Positions 56,099 to 64,000 of a DNA stretch of 64,000 nucleotides are shown piece after piece. The number at the start of each line of letters is the position of its first letter. Position 1 is the stretch's first letter. The translations under genes and the position numbers were made by a program. The notes beneath the pieces were generated by a model, which had not been told where the DNA came from, ran no database searches, and saw nothing but the letters and a program-made list of their open reading frames with translations. The DNA comes from an uncultured virus (IMG/VR IMGVR_UViG_3300007513_002396) (lineage: Duplodnaviria > Heunggongvirae > Uroviricota > Caudoviricetes), in IMG/VR virus record IMGVR_UViG_3300007513_002396, positions 1 to 64,000 of that record; one strand, written 5' to 3'.

Positions 56099-59000
56099 TG
56101 TCAAAAGGCCCAAAGATAAAGCGCGTTTTTGAAAATCAACGACTGTTTACTCCCAAGGTAATCAGAAGATACACAAATTCATCTGGTGTTCTTAGAAACC
56201 AGACAGCTGCCTCGTTATCTGGTTCAGCCCCTACATCTACAACAGGCTCTTTTAGGTATGATCCCCCCGGATCACCTATGAAGTCCACACAGCAATTGCC
56301 GCTTGATTTTTCGCAATTCGAGAACCACACATTTTTTGCATCCGCTGAATCAAATGTTAATGTCGCTTTTGAAAAAATTGTTAATCAATTTCCTTTTGAC
56401 GGAACGACTGAGGAATATGAGAATTTTCTAGATGATTTGACTGGTTTCGAAAACTACGTTTTGGATTCGTTTCCGCACTATGTAGGATACCTAACTTTTG
56501 ACAACACTGTGCTGGGTTCAGTTGATGGGAAGCATCAATCCATAGAAGTCAAGGATAGGGCCGGCGTTTTATTTCCTGCTTTATCTAGAATCCGTTCTGC
56601 AAAAACTATTTTAGATCCATCTGGTGGCTCATTTTCTGTTGAGTGTAAGTTGTCTTTGCCACCAGAAGTGAATACAAAACAGATCGTCTTTAGTCATATG
56701 AGCGATGGGGGTGTTGGTTATTCTGCATTTTTAGAAGATGGTGATGAAGCTTCCGCAAACATAAAGTTTGTAGTTGCTAGTGGTTCACATCATATTTCTG
56801 CTTCTCATAACTTAGAGAAAGGAGAAGTCTGGCACTCTTTAAGCTTCGTTTATGACCGTGATGTGACACAAAGAAATGCAAAGATATTAAGTTGTTCTAC
56901 TGTGATAGCTACGTCGCCACGCTACCGATTTAATAGTCTAAGTACACAAGGTGCTTCTTTTTTCATCGCAACCGGAAGCACAATCCAGACCGGTGGATCT
57001 TATTTCACTCCAGCCGATACATTTGCCGGTTCCATTGACGAATTTAGAGTATTTGCAGGTGTGAGGCCACCTGGTGATATTGATTATTACATGCAAAGAA
57101 ATATATTCGCTCGAAAAGATCTAAAGCTGTCTTTTCGTTTTAATGAGCCAACAGGATCATATACAAACAATGACGTTGTATTAGACCACTCTGGTATGAG
57201 CTTACATTCTAAAATCACAGGGTGGAGGGAAAACCAGATTAGAGTAGTAAATACTGACAATATGCCTCCGATGTTATTTGAGGGATCTGTAAAGCATCCA
57301 GTACTTTTTCCTTCATACCCCTCTCTCGTTACGCTGAATGAGCAATTGCTATTGTCGGCATCTCAGTATGATTCCAACAACCCAAACTTAATTACGAAAT
57401 TAATTCCAGCGCACTATTTGGACGAAGCAGCAGCCTCACTTGCGATATCAGACAATCCTGATGGTACCCTTATGGATGGAATCTCAGCGATGTCTCCAAG
57501 TTATGATGTGCCTGGCGGCGCAAGGTTGGGACAACCACAAATAATCGCGTCTTTGTTGTTTATGTGGGCCAGGGAATTTGATATGGTGAAGGCATTTTTA
57601 GATCATGTTAGTAATCTAATTTTTGCTGAGTATGATTATAATGAGTCGATAGCTGATCACCTTTTACCCGTATTAGCAGAACACTACGGGCTAGAATTAC
57701 CCAACATGTTTCGAAATGCAAAAATGAATCAATTCTTTTCAGGTGAAGAAGTCGTTACTGGAAAGCTTACAAGAAGTCTTCAATTTGCACAAAATGAAAT
57801 ATGGCGAAGAATTTTAATAAATGTTAGAGAAATAATTTCTTCAAAGGGTACAGTACACGCCATCAAGGCATTATTTAGAACTTCCGGGATAGACCCAGAC
57901 AGAATTTTTAGGTTTGTAGAATATGGTGGCACAACTACTCAACGACTTGGTACGGCTCGAGAAGTGGCTACTGAGGTTTCAACCTTAATAGATTTCTCAG
58001 GTAGTCTGGCACACCAAACATCTGTCACAACAGATGCACAGGGGTTCTACGATAAATATCCGTCTATCCAAAGTGTGTTTCTGTCTTCTTCTAGAGTTGA
58101 GAAGGGATGGCCTCCGCCAGCCGGAGACTTTGTTATGCTCAACAACCAGGTATTGGGCACAGATAACACAAATGACGGACTTCAAACATCTGGAAGCTGG
58201 ACAATCGAAACTCGAGTTAAGTTTCCTTTAGCTCGTGGACTCACTTCAAAACAAAGCTTATTTAGGCTTCATACCACATCTTCTGGCACGCCACATAACA
58301 TGATATTGAATCTTGTTGCTACACCACCTACGTCTAGGGCTGTTTATGCGGAGAAGGCTGGGGAGAAAATTACGCTTTATTGCCGTCCTGGCTTCGGTTC
58401 AGACGCACCCTTGATTGAGCTTCCGCTCACCGGCGCAGACATTTTTGATGGACGTGTATGGATGATCACTTGTGGTAGGGAAAGATATGATAGGTGTGGT
58501 TCGTATGTATCTTCTAGCTATTTTATAAGGGCAACGAAGCAAGAATATGGAAATATTGTTGAATATCATACGACATCGTCCTTTTTCGCAGAACAATCGG
58601 ATCCTCCGTATATGAACTATGGAGAAAATATTTGGCAGTTAAAAGAAGAGCCAGGCTCCAAGGCTCTGGAAAATGCGAGTGGTTCATTTTTAGCTTTCGG
58701 AAATCAGAGCATTACAACTACCGGTATAAATTTCCTGAATAACGCTGCTGCTGTGACAAATAATGATGCTAGAACAACGTTATTTCAAGGGTTAATGGGG
58801 CATACTCGTTTTTGGTCTGAAGCTTTAGACGAGCAAGAAACAAAAGAGCACTTATTAAATTTTCGATCGCTGGGTGTCCGAAACCCTCTTGTGAATTTCG
58901 GTTTCACACCTGATGTAACAGGATCGTTCGAAAAGCTTCGCTTGAATATATCATCCGATCAGCCATCCACAGAGAGTAACGATACCGGCGGTCTCTTTTT

Positions 59001-59703
59001 AATAGATTTCTCTCAGAACTTTAATCTATCTGGGTCTCAGTATTATCTACCAGCATCCGGATCGATGATAGGCGCCGTTGGACAAGGGTTTGAGGTAGAG
59101 AAGGGAGTGATTAAACCCGAGCGAATCGACTTTAGTTATCTATCACCAAATTGGGATGAGATGCCAGAGCAAAATAAAGTAAGAGTTGCCGGTTTCACAC
59201 AGGGCAAGAATCTATTTGAGCTTGGTGGTCAACCAGCGCCTGTTTACGAGATTCCAAAGTCTGCCGAGCCTGTGGATGATGCAAGATTTGGTATTGAGTT
59301 TTCGATTATGCAAGCCCTGGATGAGGACATCATGAACATATTTGCAACTCTTGATGCACTAGATTTAGCGATTGGGGCTCCAGAATTGATGTTCGCAGAA
59401 GAATATCCAGAGTTAGCACGATTGAGAAAAGTTTATTTTAATCGCTTAACAGATCAGATCAATTATAAAAAGCTGTTTGATTTTTTTAGGTGGCTAGACG
59501 ACTCGTTTGACTCGATAATAGAGGGATTAATCCCACGTAAGACAAATTACATGGGGTTCAATTTTATAATTGAGGGCCACGGACTAGAACGTCCTAAGGT
59601 GGCGTATGGGTCTGGAGACGTTTATCTCGGTGAGAGTACCAGGAGAAATTTAAAGGGAATCATATTACTTCGACAACTTGTCGGTGACATGAGGAAGTTC
59701 TAA
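56098..59703 (+). CDS. Large baseplate protein with LamG-like domains
   Basis: FAGSIDEFRVF, FRFNE; IWRRILIN...SKGT..AIK; LIPRKT...GFNFIIEGH.LER. Confidence 0.75.
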   Translation: MSKGPKIKRVFENQRLFTPKVIRRYTNSSGVLRNQTAASLSGSAPTSTTGSFRYDPPGSPMKSTQQLPLDFSQFENHTFFASAESNVNVAFEKIVNQFPFDGTTEEYENFLDDLTGFENYVLDSFPHYVGYLTFDNTVLGSVDGKHQSIEVKDRAGVLFPALSRIRSAKTILDPSGGSFSVECKLSLPPEVNTKQIVFSHMSDGGVGYSAFLEDGDEASANIKFVVASGSHHISASHNLEKGEVWHSLSFVYDRDVTQRNAKILSCSTVIATSPRYRFNSLSTQGASFFIATGSTIQTGGSYFTPADTFAGSIDEFRVFAGVRPPGDIDYYMQRNIFARKDLKLSFRFNEPTGSYTNNDVVLDHSGMSLHSKITGWRENQIRVVNTDNMPPMLFEGSVKHPVLFPSYPSLVTLNEQLLLSASQYDSNNPNLITKLIPAHYLDEAAASLAISDNPDGTLMDGISAMSPSYDVPGGARLGQPQIIASLLFMWAREFDMVKAFLDHVSNLIFAEYDYNESIADHLLPVLAEHYGLELPNMFRNAKMNQFFSGEEVVTGKLTRSLQFAQNEIWRRILINVREIISSKGTVHAIKALFRTSGIDPDRIFRFVEYGGTTTQRLGTAREVATEVSTLIDFSGSLAHQTSVTTDAQGFYDKYPSIQSVFLSSSRVEKGWPPPAGDFVMLNNQVLGTDNTNDGLQTSGSWTIETRVKFPLARGLTSKQSLFRLHTTSSGTPHNMILNLVATPPTSRAVYAEKAGEKITLYCRPGFGSDAPLIELPLTGADIFDGRVWMITCGRERYDRCGSYVSSSYFIRATKQEYGNIVEYHTTSSFFAEQSDPPYMNYGENIWQLKEEPGSKALENASGSFLAFGNQSITTTGINFLNNAAAVTNNDARTTLFQGLMGHTRFWSEALDEQETKEHLLNFRSLGVRNPLVNFGFTPDVTGSFEKLRLNISSDQPSTESNDTGGLFLIDFSQNFNLSGSQYYLPASGSMIGAVGQGFEVEKGVIKPERIDFSYLSPNWDEMPEQNKVRVAGFTQGKNLFELGGQPAPVYEIPKSAEPVDDARFGIEFSIMQALDEDIMNIFATLDALDLAIGAPELMFAEEYPELARLRKVYFNRLTDQINYKKLFDFFRWLDDSFDSIIEGLIPRKTNYMGFNFIIEGHGLERPKVAYGSGDVYLGESTRRNLKGIILLRQLVGDMRKF

Positions 59704-62321
59704 TGGCGAAATATGAAATAATCACTCCCCATGGTGTCGAAGCACCATACAGTCTAACGGGATCCATGTACGTAGGCGGCCCACCTTTTGATGGCTACTA
59801 TACCGCTGGGTCATCTTTGGTTGGCTGGTGGCGCTTCCAGGATTTAACGTCTTTCCCTTCTTCTGGCGACGCGCCAGACTCAAGTGGTCAAGATAATCCC
59901 GCGACGAGTTTTAAAGCCAAGAGACCAGATTTTTCGATATCGTCCCCAGGCGATAGAATTCAACCAAATTCTGTATTATTAACCCAATCACCAGATATAC
60001 AATCTGCCACCATCAAAGATCTCGCGGCAGATTCTGTTCTTTCATTCGGGGACGGGGAAACAGATAGTTCATTTTCAATTGCCGCGCGCGTACGGAGACC
60101 GTCTCTATCGTTAAATGGTGCGTACGGGACGATTATTCACAAGGGAAAAGAAAATTCCGCTGATGAAGTAGAGTACCAGCTTGTACTTTGGGACAATAAC
60201 ACAGACGGTGCCTCGAGGGTGCAATTTAAAATTGGTGATCGTTCTGAAGAAGCTTTTCTGCGAGTTCAGAGTCCTGCGGAGTCATTAACGGCCGATGAGT
60301 GGCATAGCGTAGTTGTGACGTATGACGGAACAGCCAAGGCAACTCTAGATGATGGTGGCAGCTCTATAAATTGTATGGCAATATACATCGATGGACGGCC
60401 TCAGCCGCTGGAAGATAATTCTCTTAATCCCCTGTTATATGTAGCGATGGAGGGATCGACCGAACGTTTTCGGATGGGCGCTCGAGGAAGTGGTGGAGGT
60501 GCGAACGGTTTCGAGGGGAACCTGGCAGACATAGCAATATGGAATAGGGAGTTAACTGAAATTGAGATAGCTGCGATCGCGAATGCAGCAAGTGGTCCGA
60601 TTTATTGGTCATATCGAAACTTCCACCTTGTAGGATATGGTCAGCGGCTTTCACCCACTGGATCACAAGAACGCCTGTCTCTTCAAGGTTTGGACGCGCG
60701 TCCAGATGATGTATATTTCCCAAGCCTGCTTCCTCGTATTCGTCAAGGCGCTCCAATGTCGATATGGAGACAGGGCGAAAAGATATCTGACAAGTATTTT
60801 GATGACACTTTGTCCTTCCCCCATTCAGGGTCTACAAGTCTCCGCGGCGAAAATGATGTCAAGATTAATATGCGGATGAATTTTGAGTGGGAAAAGCTCA
60901 ACTTTGGTCAAGCACCGGTAGTTCAGCAGGGGGAATCTTTTGTTGAGACTAACCCCTTCAATGCAGTAGACTTTATTACATCACCCGAAAGTACCTTCTG
61001 GCCCGTAAATTTATTCAACCTTGGGTCTCTACTCGATCATGAGTTCGACGGTGTAATAGAGCCACTAGACATTCGTTCTGAACTTCTTGGATTGGTTCGC
61101 TCTAGATTCGAGGGGCATTCTGTCCGCGGCTCGCTTATGGGTCCTGCTAGCGAAACATACTTTGGTAGCAAGCTTATTGTTGACAAGTGGCGCTCTGATG
61201 ACGGAAAGACTCCATTTTTTCTCGATGCACCAATTAACTGGAGCGAGCTAACACCAAGCGCATCAGCGACATGGGACAGTTTGCCGGTGGCGGTTTATTC
61301 TAATATAACGACCGAGCCGGATCGACCGTTTGTTGATCACGATGCGTTTGAGCAGACCGTTTCTACTTTGGTAATGAATAACCCACAGCTGCCTGGTGGA
61401 ATTATCCCCTATAATTTAGCTTTATCCCCTCCAGGTTTTTCCTTTGGTAGTCAGCTTTCGTTACCATGGGCCAATGAATTGTTGGCTTGGTGGAGACTAA
61501 ACCGCGAAAGTAGCAGTGGGGGTACAGTACCCGATTCGTCAGGTAATGGTCGTGACGCGACATTCTCTTCCACTCCCACTGTTACTTCAGCAGAAACGCC
61601 AATGCCGTATATTCAAGAGACTGTTCAGCAATTCGTCAATGAGAGTGACAAAATCTTCCTCGGGACCGATGCAGTCTGGGAGCCGCTGATCGGTGGCGCC
61701 GGGGATGATGCAAAACCATTTTCAATATCTGCTTGGTTTAATGCGCAAGCGCTGGGAAGCTCGTTCCCCCACGCCGGGAAATTAATAGAGTTTGGTTTCG
61801 CCAGCAGAACAATCATCACCACCCATCCTATTGATCCCGACTACGATCTCGGCCTGAGGTTTGACTGTGGCGCCGGCACCCCCCCCAGGACCCAAGACAT
61901 ATTCTTTAATACGTGGTATCACATGGTTTGGACATATTCTGGTGGGTCCAACCACGGTGGAAACAAGAAAGCAAGGGTATACATCAATGGCGTCCAGCAT
62001 GACGTTGAGACCCAGACAGCTATAGCTATAGCATCAGGTCACGGGTATCTTGGGGGTGATCACGATGGAGGAAGCGGATGGGCGGGCTATATTGCTGATG
62101 TGAGTATATGGAGTCGCAGACTACTGTGGGCTGAAGTTCAAGCGCTTTACAGTGCACGAAACGGTATATCCAGATATGATTTAAAGGACGACACGCTGAT
62201 AGCGGCGATGCGTCAAATGAACTCAACAGCATATCCCACTATCGATCATGCCGAACGGCGTGCTAATCATGGATTTTACTTCGGACAAAATGCTGGTTCA
62301 ATTGTGTATGGAGATGAGTAG
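59703..62321 (+). CDS. Virion protein with two LamG/ConA-like domains
   Basis: LVGWWRF..DSSG..FSIAA..WHSVV..IYIDG..ADIAIWNREL; second copy LAWWRLN..DSSGNG..WYHMV..ADVSIWSRRL. Confidence 0.82.
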   Translation: MAKYEIITPHGVEAPYSLTGSMYVGGPPFDGYYTAGSSLVGWWRFQDLTSFPSSGDAPDSSGQDNPATSFKAKRPDFSISSPGDRIQPNSVLLTQSPDIQSATIKDLAADSVLSFGDGETDSSFSIAARVRRPSLSLNGAYGTIIHKGKENSADEVEYQLVLWDNNTDGASRVQFKIGDRSEEAFLRVQSPAESLTADEWHSVVVTYDGTAKATLDDGGSSINCMAIYIDGRPQPLEDNSLNPLLYVAMEGSTERFRMGARGSGGGANGFEGNLADIAIWNRELTEIEIAAIANAASGPIYWSYRNFHLVGYGQRLSPTGSQERLSLQGLDARPDDVYFPSLLPRIRQGAPMSIWRQGEKISDKYFDDTLSFPHSGSTSLRGENDVKINMRMNFEWEKLNFGQAPVVQQGESFVETNPFNAVDFITSPESTFWPVNLFNLGSLLDHEFDGVIEPLDIRSELLGLVRSRFEGHSVRGSLMGPASETYFGSKLIVDKWRSDDGKTPFFLDAPINWSELTPSASATWDSLPVAVYSNITTEPDRPFVDHDAFEQTVSTLVMNNPQLPGGIIPYNLALSPPGFSFGSQLSLPWANELLAWWRLNRESSSGGTVPDSSGNGRDATFSSTPTVTSAETPMPYIQETVQQFVNESDKIFLGTDAVWEPLIGGAGDDAKPFSISAWFNAQALGSSFPHAGKLIEFGFASRTIITTHPIDPDYDLGLRFDCGAGTPPRTQDIFFNTWYHMVWTYSGGSNHGGNKKARVYINGVQHDVETQTAIAIASGHGYLGGDHDGGSGWAGYIADVSIWSRRLLWAEVQALYSARNGISRYDLKDDTLIAAMRQMNSTAYPTIDHAERRANHGFYFGQNAGSIVYGDE

Positions 62322-62323
62322 CG

Positions 62324-64000
62324 ATGTTTAACACAAAGAATCAATGGATCTGGCCAGACCTTTCAAGATATGTTTCTTCGATTGGAAGCCACGGCAAGCG
62401 ATGGGAATTGAAACCCATTTGTAAAGCTTACTATAGATTTAATGAGTGGTCCGCATCAGGTGAGCCAGGGTTTAAAGATCGTGCCGGCGCCCAAGAACCA
62501 CTGATGATAGTCACCGGCAGTGGAACTGCTGGAACCACCTCAACGACATATCCGCCAATCCTTCCATATAATAAGGAGATGTTGCCCTTAGATTTTGACA
62601 AGTCATTAGCTGGCAGCTTACCAAAGTTTACTCCCACTTCATTAGAGCTTGTTCCTAACTCTGAAACTCGAGTTGCACGTCCGCTTGTCATGAAGTGTTT
62701 TGACTTCGGAACCCGCGACCGCCGCTTTTTACTGAGCAACACTCTTAAGAATATTGACACCACTTTCCTCCAGGAAGAGTATACATTCGTTACAAGGGTA
62801 TGTGTTACTTCACCTGCCGGCGATCCAGAGCTTATATTTTCACTATCAGAATTTAATCTGACCTTATTGTCTCTTTCTTGTACATCAGCGTCAGCGACAC
62901 AATATACTTTGGGAGCGAAGGTCTTTGATACGGTCGGCACCACTGAGTCCGTTTCAGGAAACCTCTATTATGATAAATGGTACACTGCCTTTATTTCTGT
63001 AAGGGGCCCAACTGCTTCTACGGCTGGTCAGGTAAAACTGAGTGTGTGGGAAATGACAGACGGAACTCGTACTGCGGTACCGACCGTCACCGCAATTACC
63101 GCTGGAAAAACTCTTCTTAGTCTCACATCTCCTAGAATATTCGTCGGATACGGAGACCCGACTTCTGCTCCTAATCCTTCATTCCCTCCAGGCGAATCGA
63201 ATAATTGGGGACATCATTCCAAAATTTTTGAGTTAGCAATTCTTGGAAATTGGACTTCTAGTGAATTAAACCAGGCGATCGCATCAGGATGGTCTGACGA
63301 AACTCTTACCGGACATCCTCGTCTTTTCACAAATTGGACATCTGGGTTTGATAGCGAAAAAGCTAGAAAAGCATTACGATTGATGGACGACGCAAGAGCA
63401 GCTTATCCATCGATAGTAAGAACCGGTGACGGAACCCGGTTAGGGAACCAACCAGTATCACCATTTAACGATGATAATACGCTAATTTTTACCGCTAGCT
63501 CTCATTTGCGCTTTCCAGAAATGTTGCCCGAAGACTTATTTGCTGACAGCGGAGCTGGTGGTAGTCTGGAGAGGTATTCTAGAAAGAATTTAACGCACAC
63601 TTCACCGACCGATCTCGGTGCCGACCCATGGATAATTGCCTCCGGCAGTGTCAGACCCGGTATTATGTCTAGAGAAGCATTCATTTTTAATAGAAATGAT
63701 GGGATATATGGTCAGCAATTACAACACAGGAATAGACTAGCTAGCGCGATGCCTCCCTTTGATGATTCCGCCCGTGATACCGCTGTAGAAATAATTCACT
63801 TACCTGCCACACCACTTTCTACCACACTAGGTTTTGATCAACCGCTGGGTAGCAGAATCGCGATTGTTATAGATTTAAACCCCACCCAAGATCTGGCTTT
63901 AGGCCATGTCAGTAGAGACCTTATATTGACAGGATCCGAGGGAGTGGGCGGTGGCTTAGAAAATCGTACTTGTGTACCCGACTTTTCCAATGTAGGTAAG
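62324..64000 (+). CDS. Virion structural protein, truncated by the window end (not in the ORF track)
   Basis: ATG at 62324; 559 codons read without a stop: MFNTKNQWIWPDLSRY...AYYRFNE...YDKWY...KIFELAI (LamG-like)...RTGDGTRLG. Confidence 0.8.
   Translation, partial: MFNTKNQWIWPDLSRYVSSIGSHGKRWELKPICKAYYRFNEWSASGEPGFKDRAGAQEPLMIVTGSGTAGTTSTTYPPILPYNKEMLPLDFDKSLAGSLPKFTPTSLELVPNSETRVARPLVMKCFDFGTRDRRFLLSNTLKNIDTTFLQEEYTFVTRVCVTSPAGDPELIFSLSEFNLTLLSLSCTSASATQYTLGAKVFDTVGTTESVSGNLYYDKWYTAFISVRGPTASTAGQVKLSVWEMTDGTRTAVPTVTAITAGKTLLSLTSPRIFVGYGDPTSAPNPSFPPGESNNWGHHSKIFELAILGNWTSSELNQAIASGWSDETLTGHPRLFTNWTSGFDSEKARKALRLMDDARAAYPSIVRTGDGTRLGNQPVSPFNDDNTLIFTASSHLRFPEMLPEDLFADSGAGGSLERYSRKNLTHTSPTDLGADPWIIASGSVRPGIMSREAFIFNRNDGIYGQQLQHRNRLASAMPPFDDSARDTAVEIIHLPATPLSTTLGFDQPLGSRIAIVIDLNPTQDLALGHVSRDLILTGSEGVGGGLENRTCVPDFSNVGK

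Noticed and set aside
898..63684. Many short antisense or off-frame ORFs in the track (e.g. 1131-1583, 8259-8840, 62431-62943)
   Set aside because: They shadow well-supported genes and lack SD sites or recognisable motifs
1..64000. Giant eukaryotic virus or cellular chromosome origin
   Set aside because: SD sites, coupled operons and gp25/gp6-like baseplate genes indicate a phage; no NCLDV core or cellular housekeeping genes recognised
1..64000. Stop-codon reassignment
   Set aside because: TAA, TAG and TGA all end recognisable full-length genes, and coding density is high under code 11
49311..64000. Extracellular contractile injection system or tailocin locus
   Set aside because: Embedded among phage-type genes with no bacterial flanks; better read as the phage's own baseplate

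Overview
This 64 kb window is gene-dense, almost entirely + strand, and reads as part of a large (jumbo-type) contractile-tailed phage genome using the standard genetic code. Bacterial Shine-Dalgarno sites, overlapping stop/start codons, gp25- and gp6-like baseplate genes, tail-fibre-like proteins, Hsp20, PIN-PhoH and a sigma-like protein support this. From left to right: (1) small acidic proteins sharing an N-terminal MK(V/L)(S/T)KRQ(L/I)LxIIREE leader, two lipoproteins, a GIY-YIG nuclease, Hsp20 and a trypsin-like protease; (2) a eukaryote-type phosphomannomutase, a DinG/XPD helicase, a cytidylyltransferase and a NUDIX enzyme; (3) a tightly coupled operon yeaH-spoVR-prkA, then a small membrane protein and a degenerate GroEL-like chaperonin lacking GDGTTT (my top candidate for an undescribed system); (4) Hc1-like, sigma-region-4 and PhoH genes; (5) LamG and tail-fibre genes; (6) a ~20 kb glycan-building island (GT2/GT4/GT6, heptose and GDP-fucose enzymes, split transketolase, methyltransferases); (7) a sigma-like gene and the baseplate module, which runs off the right end. 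Two recurring intergenic motifs were read directly from the DNA: TGTAMA-N16-TANNNT and ATANTTA. One copy of the first motif points antisense into an AT-only tract and could mark an origin. All family calls are motif recognition by eye; no searches were run.
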